A stretch of DNA of 64,000 bases, from NCBI GenBank assembly GCA_026770705.1, contig JANJGN010000016.1, positions 10,788,001 through 10,852,000 on the forward strand, read 5' to 3'. Under the pieces are notes generated by a model. The model ran no database searches. It worked only from the letters and a program-made list of their open reading frames with translations, and had not been told where the DNA came from. The DNA comes from Isurus oxyrinchus. Lineage: Eukaryota. The translations under genes and the position numbers were made by a program. Below are positions 1-11,200 of this stretch, piece after piece. The first letter of the stretch is position 1. The number at the start of each line of letters is the position of its first letter.

Positions 1-190
1 TTGCCCAATCTGGCCTATACGTGACTCCATTCCCGCACCAACATGGTCAACTTAACCACTCTCTCTTCTTTCAAACCACTGCTTGCGGTCCAAAGAATTG
101 GCCCACCACCACCTTCTGAGAGATGGACAATAAGTGGCGCTCTTGCCAGTGAGGTCCACACCTCGCGAGTACGTTCTATTTAAAAAAAAC
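1..190 (+). mobile_element. 3' part of tRNA-derived SINE sharing its tail with the CR1/L2-group LINE
   Basis: ggcctatacgtgactcc...gatggacaataagt...gccagtgaggtccacac followed by an A-run matches the fuller copies at 47388-47760 and 62080-62470. Confidence 0.65.
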
Positions 191-1244
191 ATACTCACAT
201 CGATCTTTAGAGATTTGTTTTTCACAGTCACTGTCTAGATTTCGGTTGTGTTCACTGTGTTGAGCTGAGGTGTGGAGAGCATTTCAAAATAAAGGAGGAA
301 TGTACTCTGTTGATGTAAAGCTGCAGGTAAAACAACCGGGGACAGTCCCAATTAACACAAAAGGCTCGGTCTAACTATGGTGAACCTTGCGGAAATAAAT
401 GATGCTGTGGGACAATATTCACTTGGGATGAAGCTGCAAGCAACAACATCTCATTTCATTTGGTGACCCTTGACTGCCATCAGTGCAAGATTACTCCTGC
501 TCTATTGTCTGAGCTTGAATCAAATTCTAGCCCCAAGAGGCTAAAGCAATACCACATACTCTGATCGCTCCTAAGCCTTCTGGGACAATAACAAGTTCTA
601 AAAAAAGGCTGGCAGCCTATACTCGAAACTAACTTTACTGAAGTTGATAGTGATTTTTGGTATCATTTAGATCCATACCAGTGGCTCAAGAGACCACAAG
701 CAAGAGGAGGTCACTGGGAAATGGTTTGGCCTGAGCGGACTTGAATCTACCACTACCAAAGTCAGTAACATCACCAGAGTAGAGGCCTCCGCCCGGAGCT
801 GAGGGCTACTGCAGCCTTTAATATTCCAACACCTAAACCTGCCATCTAATATCCTCCGTCTCCAACAATTAACACTAACTGTTCCCCTTCAATCTTGTGT
901 CACATGGTGCTTGCTGGTTCCGTTGCTAATCTGAGGTGCAGGAAGAACTCCTCACCTGGCTCACGATCCCAAGGATCTTTGTGACTGGTGGTTCAGGTCA
1001 CCCTGACAGAGGCTTCTAATCCCCTCTCAGTGACTCTTCCAGAATCTGTAGGACTCACGCTCTCAGACTTAGCTCAGAGGCAATATCTAATACCTTAATT
1101 GCGCCCCCTACTACTGTTACTGAGGCTGCTGTTCCCTTCTGGAGAAAGGTTCTGAATACCTTTCCTCAGAAAAACAGACCTCAGTGACCAAAATTGGATG
1201 TGGTTGGAGCCTACTTAGATTGATAACTGCTTAAGGTCAAACAA

Positions 1245-1666
1245 CAACTGGCATTTGTTATGCAGCTTTATTCTCTGGAGTTTATAAGAATGAGAGGCAA
1301 TCACTTTGAAACATACAACATTCCGAAGGGTCTTCGTAAGGTAGATGCTGAGAGATTACTTCTGCTGTTTGGGGACTCTAATATGCACAGTTTTGAGATA
1401 AGGGGCCGATCATTTTGGACTGAGGTGAGGAGAAACTACTTCCTTTAAAGGGTTGTGATTCTTTGGGATTCTCTATCCCAGAAGGTTGTGGATGCTCCAC
1501 TATTGACTACATTGAAGGCTGGGATGGACAGGTTTTTGGTCTGTCAGGGAATCAAGAGATATGCGGAGCTAGTGGGAAAGGAGAGTTGAAGCCCAAGATC
1601 AGCCATGATCGTATAGAATGGTGTAGCAGGCTTGATGGGCTGAATGGTCTACTCCTGCTCCTATTT
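1245..1666 (+). mobile_element. CR1 (HER1-like) LINE 3' fragment
   Basis: ORF LYSLEFIRMRGNHFETYNI...GLRKVDAERL...EVRRNYF; 3' tail gatcagccatgatc...gatgggctgaatggtctactcctgctcct. Confidence 0.9.
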
Positions 1667-3505
1667 CACAGAATCACAAAATCTTAATGGTAAAGAAGGA
1701 GGCCATGCAGCTTAGCATGTCTGCTCTGGCTCTCCAAATGAGCATTATGACTCAGTGCCATCGCCCAGCCTTTTCCCCGTACCCTTGCACATTGTTTCTA
1801 TTCAAATAATCATCTAATGCCCTCTTGGATGCCATTGATTGAACTTGCCTCCACTACACTTCCAGGCAGCGCATTCCAGACCCGAGCCACTCGTTGTGTG
1901 AAAAAGTTTTTTCTCATGTCACATTTGCTTATTTTGCAAGTCAGTTTAAATCTGTCCCCTCTTGTTCTTGATCCTTTTACAAGTGGTATCAGCTTCTCCC
2001 TATCTGTCCAGCCCCCTCATGATTTTGAATATCTCTATCAAATCTCCTCTCAGCCTTCTCCTCTCCAAGGAGAATGGTATCAACCTCTCCAATCTATCCT
2101 CATAGCTGGAGTTCCTCATCCCTGGGACCACTCCTGTAAACCTCTTCTGCGCTCTCTCTCCAATGTGTTCACATCCTTCCTATAATATGGTGCCCAGAAC
2201 TGTACACAGCATTCCAGCTGAGGTCAAACATTCCAGCTGAGATCAAACAAGAGTCTTATATAAATTCAGTATAACCTCCTTTCTCTTGTACTCTATGAGC
2301 CTATTAATAAAACCCAGGATACTATATGCTTTATTAACGGCTCTCTCCACCTGTCCTGCCACCTTCAATGATCTATGCACATATGCACCCAGGTCTCTCT
2401 GCTCCTGCACCCCCTTCAAAATTTCACCCTTTACTTTATATTGTCTGTCCATGTTTTACCTACCAAAATGCATCACCTCACATTTCTCCACATTGAACTT
2501 CATCTGCCACCTATCTGCCCACTCCACCAACTTCTCTATGCCCTCTTGAAGTTCCACACCATCCTCCTTGCAGTTCAACACTCTCAAGCTCCTATCATCC
2601 ACAAACTTTGAAACTGTCCCCTGCACACCAAGATCTAGATCCTTAATATATATCAGGAAAAGCAAGGGGTCCAATACCGACCCCTGGGGAACTCCACTAC
2701 AAACCTTCCTCCAACCCGAAAAATATCCATTGACCATTACTCTCAGCTTCCTATTTTTCAGCTTATTTTGTATCCACGTTACTCCTGCCCCTTTTATTCC
2801 AGGAGTAATAACTTTTCTCATGAGTTGGTTGTGTGGTACTATGTCAAATAACTTTTGAAAGTCCATGTACACCACATCAACAGTATTACCCTTATTGACC
2901 TTTTCTGTTACCTCTTCAAAAAACACCAGCAAGTTAGTTAAACACAATTTCCCCTTTAGAAATCCATACTGGCTCTTCCTTATCAACCCATATTTTTCCA
3001 CATGACTACTAATTCTATCCTGAATGATTGATTCTAGAATCCTGCCCACCACTGATGTTAAACTAACTGGTCTGTAATTGCTGGGCTTATCCTCATGATC
3101 TTTTTTGAACAAAGGTGTAATATTTGCAATTCTCCAGCCCTCTGGCACCACCCTGAGTCTAGTAAAGACTTAAAGATTATGGCCAGTGCTGCTGCAATTT
3201 CTGCTCTCACTTCCTTCAATATCTTTGGGTGTGTCTCATCTGGTCCCAGTGCCTTGTCAACTTTAAATACCGACAGTCTATTCAGCACTTCCTCCTTATC
3301 AATTTTGAACCCTTCCTCGTCTGTCACCATGGCCTGGGTAGCATCTACCTCCTTGGTAAAGACAGATGCAAAGTACTCATTTAATACCTCAACCATGGCC
3401 CCTGCGTCCATGTATAAATTCCCTTTTAGGTCCCTAATTAGCTCTACTCCTCCTTTTACCAGCCTTTTACTATTTATATGCCTGTAGAAGACTTTGGGAT
3501 TCCCC
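1667..3505 (-). mobile_element. CR1 LINE, decayed ORF2 reverse transcriptase region and 3' tail
   Basis: Minus ORFs 3058-3597, 2456-3151 ([43 protein letters not shown]) and 2243-2452 (LYKTLV), frameshifted. Confidence 0.95.
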
Positions 3506-3539
3506 TTTCTTGTGCTATTGGCTTTAGCATAGTAAAACA

Positions 3540-4020
3540 TTGCAACATGCGTCACAGGAATATAAAGAGGCTTTGAGACATTAGGGCAAGTAACCAAAAG
3601 TTTAGTTAAAGAAGGATCTTTGGTTGAAGGGGCATCTTAAAGGAGGAGAGAGTGTGATGGACTAGAAAAGTGGTTTGGCATGGAGGAAATGAAAGAGCCT
3701 ACAGCCTAGATGGTTGAAGACATGGCTGCCGATGGTGAGGTAAAGGAAGTGAGGAATGCACAGGAGGGCAGAGTTGGGCGAGCACAGAATTTGTGACGGG
3801 TTGCATGGCTGCATGAGGTTACAGAGATGAGGGGAGGGAACGAGGCCATAGGGAGATTGGAACATGAGGATGGGAATTTATAAATCGATGTGTTGCTGGA
3901 TTTGGAGACTGTGCAGGCCAGCAAGCAGAGAGGTGATCGGTGAAGGAGACTTGGTACGAGTTAGGATATGGGCCGCAGGATTTTGGACGAGATCAAGTTC
4001 ATGCAAGATGGAATATAGGA
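3540..4020 (-). mobile_element. L2 LINE 3' fragment
   Basis: Purine-rich reverse L2 3' sequence (ggagggaacgaggccatagggagattggaacatgagg...); similar fragments at 16290-16640, 54445-54840, 61740-62070. Confidence 0.6.
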
Positions 4021-4464
4021 GATTATTCCACTCTGCCCAACCACTCACCTAGGCTCAACCATCTTCAACTGCTTCGTCAATGAACTTCCTTCCACCATAA
4101 GTTCAGAAGTGGTGATGTTCGCTGATGATTGCACAATGTTCAACACCATTCGTGACTCCTCAGATACTGAAACATCCATGTCCAAACGCAGCAAGACCTG
4201 GACAATATCCAGGCTTTTGGCTGACAAGTGGCAAGTAACATTCATGCCACACAAGTGCTAGGCAATGACCATCTCCAAAAAGAGAGAATCTAATCATCAC
4301 CCCTTGACTTCAATAGCATTACCATCACTGAATCCCCCACTATCAACATCCTGGGGGTTACAGAGATAAAAACAAAGAAAACTGCGGATGCTGGAAATCC
4401 AAAACAAAAACAGAATTACCTGGAAAAACTCAGCAGGTCTGGCAGAATCGGCGGAGAAGAAAAG

Positions 4465-4503
4465 AGTTGACGTTTCGAGTCCTCATGACCCTTCGACAGA
4501 ACT
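4465..4503 (-). ncRNA. Minimal type-I hammerhead ribozyme motif (variant core CUGUCGA)
   Basis: Reverse complement reads agtt-CTGTCGA-a-gggtc-atgag-gactc-GAAA-cg-TC-aact; stem I agtt/aact, stem II gggtc/gactc. Confidence 0.75.
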
Positions 4504-4542
4504 AGTTCTGTTGAAGGGTCATGAGGACTCGAAACGTCAACT
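4504..4542 (+). ncRNA. Minimal type-I hammerhead ribozyme motif (core CUGUUGA)
   Basis: agtt-CTGTTGA-a-gggtc-atgag-gactc-GAAA-cg-TC-aact. Confidence 0.75.
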
Positions 4543-6087
4543 CTTTTCTTCTCCGCCGATGCTGCCAGACCTGCTGAGTTTTTCCAGGTAATTCTGTTTT
4601 TGTCCTGGGGGTTACAGTTGACCAGAAACTAAAGTGAACCAGCCACATAAATACTGTAGCTACAAGAGCAGGTCAGAGGCTAGGAATCATGCAGCGAGTA
4701 ACTAGCCACCTGACTACCGAAACCTCGTCCATTATCTACAAGGCACAGGTCAGGAGTGTGATAGAATATTCCCCACTTGCCTGGACAAGTTCAGCTCCAA
4801 CAATGCTGAGGAAGATTGACAACATCCAGGACAAAGCAGCATGCTTGACTGGCACCACATCCACAAACATTCATTCCCTCCACCACTGACACAAAGTAGC
4901 AGCAGTGTGTACCATCTACAAGACGAATTGCAGGAATTCACCAAGCCTCCTTAGACAGCACCTCCCAAACCCAGGACTGCTACCATCTAGAAGGACAAGG
5001 GCAGCAGCTAGGTGGGAACACCAACACCTGGAAGTTCCCCTCCAAGCCACTCACCATCCTGACTTGGAAATATATCACCGTCGCTGGCTCAAAATCCTGG
5101 AACTCCCTCCCTAACAGCACTGTGGGTGTACCTACATCACATGGACTCCAGCGGTTCAAGAAAGCAGCTCACCAACCACCTTCCCAAGACAATTAGGAAT
5201 GGGCAGTAAAGGCTGGCCTAGCCAGCGATACCAACATCCATGAATGAATTAAAAAAAGACTGTTCCCCACCACCCATGAAAAGGATGGAATCTCTCCGGA
5301 ATCATAGTGAGATCTGGCTCTGGAATTATTTATTGTTACGGACAGGAGGTGGTTTAATTTTAACAGCCTTGATTTCTCCCCTCACCACCTGCCCATAAAC
5401 ATAAAGGTGTTTTGATTTTGATGTCCCCCTTTATAAGCGGTGGCGTATTTCCCTACCCCTGAGTTTTAGCGTGATCTAATTTTTATTAACAATCCCACAG
5501 CAGACTTGAGATAAAGTCAGAGTGTTAGTTTATTCACATACACTCGAAATATGGGGGGCAGCGGCAGGGGAGGTGGTTGTCTCTACGCAGCCCCCTGTGC
5601 ATTTATACAATAAAGGGGAGATAGAGGGAGAAAGATTTATAGAGCAAAGCCCAGAGAGGAAAGAATTATTTTTTCACATGAGTCCAGAATCCAGAACCTA
5701 AGGCCAACAGTATATTCCTTTACAGAGGTTGGCAGGTTGAAAACTGATGCTGAATATTTTACTTTTCCAGTTGAGATGATTTCCACAATGAGATAGGCAC
5801 ACAGGGATGTGTTAGTCTTATGGGCGATGGTATAGAAGTTCTGAAGTCCCAGTAGAAACAATGTATATAGGGGCCAGGCATTCAAACCTGAACAGAACCC
5901 ATTTTCTGAGCTGCTGCTAGATGGAAATAATAGGCTGGGTTTTGCAGCTCCAGAAGGCAATATTACAGGTTCTTCCAGCTGGGTGGGTTGGGGGTGGGGG
6001 GTGGTGGGGGGTTGCAGGTAGGGATCATTTCACATGACTACCATCTCTCCACTTTGACAAAGGGTGTAAAAGGGTCTATATATTTTT

Positions 6088-6535
6088 TAAATTCATTCAC
6101 AGGATGTGAGCTTCGCTGGCTGGGCCAGCATTTGTTGTCCATCCCTAATTGCACTTGAGAAGGTGGAGGTGAGCTTCCTTCTTGAACCGCTGCAGTCCAT
6201 GTGGTGTAGGTACATCCACAGTGCTGTTAGGGAGTTCAGTGCATCAGTGGTGGGGGGAGTGAATGTTTGTGGATGTGGTGCCAATCAAGTGGGCTGCTTT
6301 GTCCTGGATGGTGTCAAGCTTCTTGAGTGTTGTGGGAGCTGCACTCATCCAGGCAAGTGGAGAGTATTCCATCACACTCATGACTTGCGCTTTGTAGATG
6401 GTGGACAGGCTTTGGGGAGTCAGGAGGTGAGTTACTTGGCGCACTATTTCTAGCCTCTGACCTGCTCTTGTAGCCACAGTATTTATATGGTTAGTCCAGT
6501 TCCTTTTCTGGTCAATGATAACCCCCGGGATGTTG
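6088..6535 (-). mobile_element. CR1/L2-group LINE 3' fragment
   Basis: Minus ORF YKAQVMSVMEYSPLAWMSAAPTTLKKLDTIQDKAAHLIG plus the shared tail. Confidence 0.9.
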
Positions 6536-6861
6536 ACTCCTTTAGATTCCTTAGATTGTTATTGTTCCAACCATTAATAATTACAAAGGAAGGTTGCAGG
6601 GCTCTTTGTTCTTGCAGACTAATAGACTCCAGTGGCCAGGCCTGGCTTATGAGATGCAGATGGCTTTTTTTATAATTCCTTTTAAATTTGATCTCTGCCA
6701 TCCACAGGGTCTTTAAAGCCTCTGCAGAGGGAGTGAGGTGCAAATTTCTTTGATAGCGCTATATTAGCTCTTATTGTTTAAAGGTCACAGCCAGACATGG
6801 TTTCAGTCATTTTTAAATGGTTATTGTCCAGTTTGAAAATTTTAGAAAGTGGCCATCATGA

Positions 6862-6866
6862 TATAT

Positions 6867-6907
<41 letters not shown>
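6862..6907. repeat. (TA)n microsatellite
   Basis: Direct reading; a similar tract lies at 18408-18442. Confidence 0.95.
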
Positions 6908-7729
6908 GTTTTATAAAAATATAGTGAGCAGTCTTAGCTCCATTACACTATTACCATCAAATGTTTCAAGACCTGCCTTGCAGTGCCACACAGCTCAACC
7001 TAGGCACTGTCACTTGCTCTTTGGATCTCCTGTGAACTTTATAACTCACTGCATGGAGATGTTTCAATTCTTAAAAAGGAAACTATTTTAAGGGAGCAGT
7101 TGCTTCGGCCCACTCTCTCAAAGCAGTAACAGTTTCGGAACGCTGTGATGCTTCAAGAGAAACCTCGGAATCCCACACTCAACATCCTTAAAGACAATTG
7201 TTGAAGGACAATTTGAAGAGCACAGCTGAGACAGTGATTCCAAGTCGTAACACAACCTGGACATGGGAAGCTGATGTGAGCTTTAATCTGGCTGCGGGGG
7301 TGTTGATAATTCATACGGGAAGAAAAAGCTACTAAATAGCCATCAGCTGTGACTATCAGCATTCTTGTGTCGAATGCTTTCTGCAGTAGTCCTTCATAGC
7401 TTGCTTCATCTGCCCTGTGGCATCAACTGATGAGCATGTGTTTTTTTTAAAAAAAAAAATAATTCTCCCTATTTCACTTCTCTAATTAAGGCTCCCATTT
7501 CTTGCACTTGCCTTTCCATGGTTTCATCCTTTTTAACTGTATTTTAACACATGCCTTATTAAAATGCTCACCGCATTCTGCACTCACCTCCAACCATCTG
7601 GTCCGAGGTGGCAAGTTCATTGTGTTGAAGCTGTTCCTTAAAATTACAAGAATGTGCACCAGAAAGGACAGAGGAAAGCCTTTGCATTCCTAAAGTGTCC
7701 TTCACACCCTCAGCATTTGACAAATGTGC

Positions 7730-8045
7730 TTTAAAGCCTAGGAAATACTTTCTGAAGTGTAATGGAAAAATGTTAGCGCCTAAGTCCATGAGCAGCACTT
7801 CAATAGATGGCCAGGGATGGAAGGATGATTATTGCCCATGACACTGGGCAAAAGCCTCCTGCTCTCCTCTGAAATAATGCTTTGGGGTCCTCTACGTCCA
7901 TGCAAAAGGGCACATGAAGCCTGAGTTTAACATCTCATTCAAAAGACAGTACATCTGACAGGACAGCACTCCCTCTGCACTGGGGTGTCGGCTGACAAAA
8001 TCGGCTCAATTCGCTGGGGCGGTACATTTCTGAGTCAGAGATGAG
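7730..8045 (-). mobile_element. Deu-domain tRNA-SINE (SacSINE1/AmnSINE-like)
   Basis: gtttaacatctcattcaaaagacagtacatctgacaggacagcactccct is the reverse of the Deu core. Confidence 0.7.
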
Positions 8046-8870
8046 TGCTTTTTATTCCTTCATGGGAGTTGGGTATCAGTGGGTAAATCAGCATTTATTG
8101 CCCATCCCTAATTGCCCTCAAGAATGTGGGAAGCCGCTTTCTCGAACCGCTGCCGTCCGTCTGCTGCAGGGACACCCAGAGGGCAGAATCATCCCAGGTT
8201 TGCACTAAGCACGGTGGTGGCATGAGAAAAGTCATTTTACCCGCTGGCCGCAATGGGAGATTTTTGGTGCTGTACCGTCTCCTTCCCGGCACCTCCTGTT
8301 TCATTATTATCGTATTCACGGGTAACATGCCAGATCGCTGGAGGATGGGCTCGGATTCGCCCACCAAGCTATGACCTCAGTGCTTCCTCGCTCCAGGCGC
8401 CATATTTAAAGCGCACCAGAGCACAGCCTACTTCATGTCCTCAGGCCAGGACTGCTCCTGGCGCCAGGCGGCCCCGAAAGCAAAGAAGGCGGCAGCCCCC
8501 AAATTTAGTGACACCTCGCTGGGGCGTCTGCCGGACGCAGTGGAAGCCGCCGCGAGGTCCTCTGCCCCCACTATGGCCACGGGGGGTCCACCAGAGTCAC
8601 CAAACCAGCCTGGGAAGTGGTTGCCGCGGTGGTCAGTACCACTGGAATACAGAGGAGGTCAGCCATCCAGTGCAGGGAGCGGGTGAATGATCTCATCCGT
8701 TCTGTCAGGGTAAGTCAACCACCTCATCGCTTCGAACTCAAACACCCCCAAACTCATCACACTTCCACAAGGATCTCACACCGCAAGAGACAACACCGCT
8801 AACTCTCAACACACACCCTCACATCTCCATCCGGCTCATAGCCCCTGGAGCCCACGTCCTTATCCTGTCT

Positions 8871-9372
8871 CAGCACAGAAGTCGTTCGGAGAAGGTTTAC
8901 TAGACTGATACCTGGAATGGGTGGGTTTCCTTATGAGGAAAGGTTAGACAGATTAGGCTTGTATCCAGTGGAATTTAGAAGAGTAAGAAACCTTTAAGAT
9001 CCTGGGGGGTCTTGATAGGGTGAATGTGAAGAGATGTTTCCTCTTGTTGAAGAATTTATAACTAGTGGTCACTGTTTAAAAATAAGGGGTCGATCATTTA
9101 AGACAGAGATGAGGAGAAATTTTTCCTCTCAGAGGGTCGTGAGTCTTTGGAACTCTCTTCCTCAAAAGGCGGTGGAAGCAGAGTCTTTGAATATTTTTAA
9201 GGCACAGCTGGATTGATTCTTGATTAACAAGGGGGGTTAAAGGTTATTGGGGTAGGCAGGGATATGGGGGTTGAGGTGACAATCAGATCGTCCATGATCT
9301 TACTGAAAGGCGGAGCAGGCTTGAAGGGCTGAGTGGCCTCCTCCTGCTCCTAATTCTCATGTTTGTATGTAT
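8871..9372 (+). mobile_element. CR1 3' fragment in Harbinger intron 1
   Basis: MFPLVEEFITSGHCLKIRGRSFKTEMRRNFSSQRVVSLWNSLP plus HER1-type tail. Confidence 0.9.
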
Positions 9373-9716
9373 ATCCATGGCTCTGCTCGCCACACAAACA
9401 TTCCACGCAGTGCCATGCATCCTGATCGCACTCTTTCCATCTTTTTTCATGCAGGAGAAGCTGGCTCACATCAGTAGGGAGAGGTCCCAGACCAGGGGTG
9501 GAGTGGCCCACATTAGGCCCCTCACTCACTTTGAGGACCTTGCCATTGCGCTGACTGGTGAGGACATGGGCTGTGCCTGTGGCGACGGTGAAGTTGGCAG
9601 CAAACACCCACATGAGGATCCTGTACCACAGCATCCCTCTCTCAAACGCAAATGTGAGTGCTGTTAGCCCTGCTTTCACGCACTAATGATCTCTACTTTG
9701 GTTCACAGGGAGATCT

Positions 9717-11200
9717 TGTTATGGCACAGCCAATGGTAAATGCCGAGTTGTTCAAATCCCAAAGGGAAACTTGAAACAACTGCTACAACCTGTTTTGCAA
9801 TTTGTATAAATTTCGAGTTGCGTGCCTTGAAATCAAAGGACCACCGAAACTTAAAAAACTAGATTAAACATTTATTAATAAGAGAAATGATTTTAAGCAC
9901 ATACATAGATCTACAAATTATTACTATGATAACTTCTAAATTCCCTACTTAATCTGACTCTCAGTTACACTTCTTTTAAGGCAGCAGTAAGACACCTAGA
10001 TTTTAAAAGACGCAGGGAAAGAAACGTGACACCCTGAACAAGTCGAATTCAAAATGAGTTCTCTTAATTTCAGCTGTTTGAAGACAGTAGCTTGGGGCAT
10101 AGACGCTGAAGGCTTTTCGCACTTGGAGGATCTTAAAATGACTTCCCTTACAAACATCCTTCACTCCTTTATACATATTTTCCCCTTTGAATGCAAATTG
10201 CCATTGTTTCACTATTGGCTGAATTTTCACCTCGACACGCATGAACGTGAAATAGCACACGATGATGTCGGATGAGCATCCTGTCATCGTCACGCACTCA
10301 CGTGATATTTTGGTTGGCAGGTGCCTGAGGGAGTTGACAGCGCAATCACCAACAATTAAGACTGTTAATGGCTATTAAGCCATTAATGATTAATTTAATA
10401 GAATTTTCTCCTGCCCATCCAACCTTACAGATGGCAGGCGGGCAACCTTTCAACTTTTGAGGAACCCTCACGGCCAGGATGTAGTTTCCAATGTTAATTA
10501 ACGATAAAATATAAGTTTTCAGAACTCATTTGCAACATGTATCTGACATAGTTTAATTATTTAAAAAAAAATATTATTAATGTGCAAATCCTTCAGCTGC
10601 CTGAGGCAGCTCTGTTTGTTCGGGGAGTTTTCTGTGAGCACACTCGCGCGCATTGTCTGGCTTCAGCACTCAGGCTCCTCCTGCTCTCCACTGCAGCAGC
10701 ACTGAGCGTTTCAGGGCACAATTCATGCCGGTTGGCCATTAATTGGCCAGCCAGTGTGAAATCCCGGTCAGGGCCCGATCGCGGACGACTGTCCGTTGCG
10801 CGTCTGCTCCCAGGCCTGTCTGCTGCACCCACCAACAAGGGGAAAATCCTTCCCTACATCTTTGGACTTTATCCTCCTGATAATGAAAACCTCTCATAGC
10901 ACTAAGTTTTACCAGTAATCTTTGGGAAGAATAAACATACTGTTTCTAAACTTCCCCTGGCTAGGTGACACATTTCACTCCCTCCTTTGAAAACAATTTA
11001 GTCTGGTTTATTTAAAAATGCAAATGTCCTTTTACACCTTACATTCTAAATTTCCCCCCTGTTTACCATGTTTACATCAAAGCCTTCAGACTAGCTGCCT
11101 TTAATCCAATTAAATCACACACACACACAGAGACCCCACTATTACTCTATTTTACAATAAATTCCAATAGCATTATGGGAATTATTATGTCTTCCTGACA
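9717..11200. mobile_element. Putative solo LTR inserted in Myb exon 3
   Basis: TGTTA...TGACA ends; flanks gatct/gctct (4 of 5 match); AT-rich block whose removal restores the reading frame. Confidence 0.65.
10216..10854. mobile_element. Harbinger-type MITE nested in the LTR
   Basis: Termini ggctgaattttc and ggaaaatccttccc; internal ttaattggccagcc and gtgcctgagg motifs. Confidence 0.65.

Larger units (their letters stand above)
4364..4602. mobile_element. Short palindromic Penelope-derived insertion
   Basis: 99-bp arms 4405-4503 and 4504-4602 with 2 mismatches and no spacer, plus a 41-bp tail; perfect 15-bp TSD tcctgggggttacag at 4349-4363 and 4603-4617; near-identical to the 3' end of the GIY-YIG element at 39515-41680. 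Confidence 0.95.
4046..5258 (+). mobile_element. CR1/L2-group (Crack-like) LINE, RT C-terminus and 3' end, interrupted by a Penelope palindrome
   Basis: ttcgctgatgat (FADD); YKAQVRSVIEYSPLAWTSSAPTMLRKIDNIQDKAA; tail aattaggaatgggcagtaaa...catccatgaatgaattaaaa. Confidence 0.9.
5334..6947. mobile_element. Putative solo LTR with nested LINE fragment
   Basis: Begins TGTTAC, ends ATTACA; flanks ttat/ctat (3 of 4 match); internal reverse polyA-like tttatt. Confidence 0.35.

Noticed and set aside
300-1240. Possible decayed coding or retroviral sequence
   Set aside because: No ORF of 60 aa or more and no recognisable motif.
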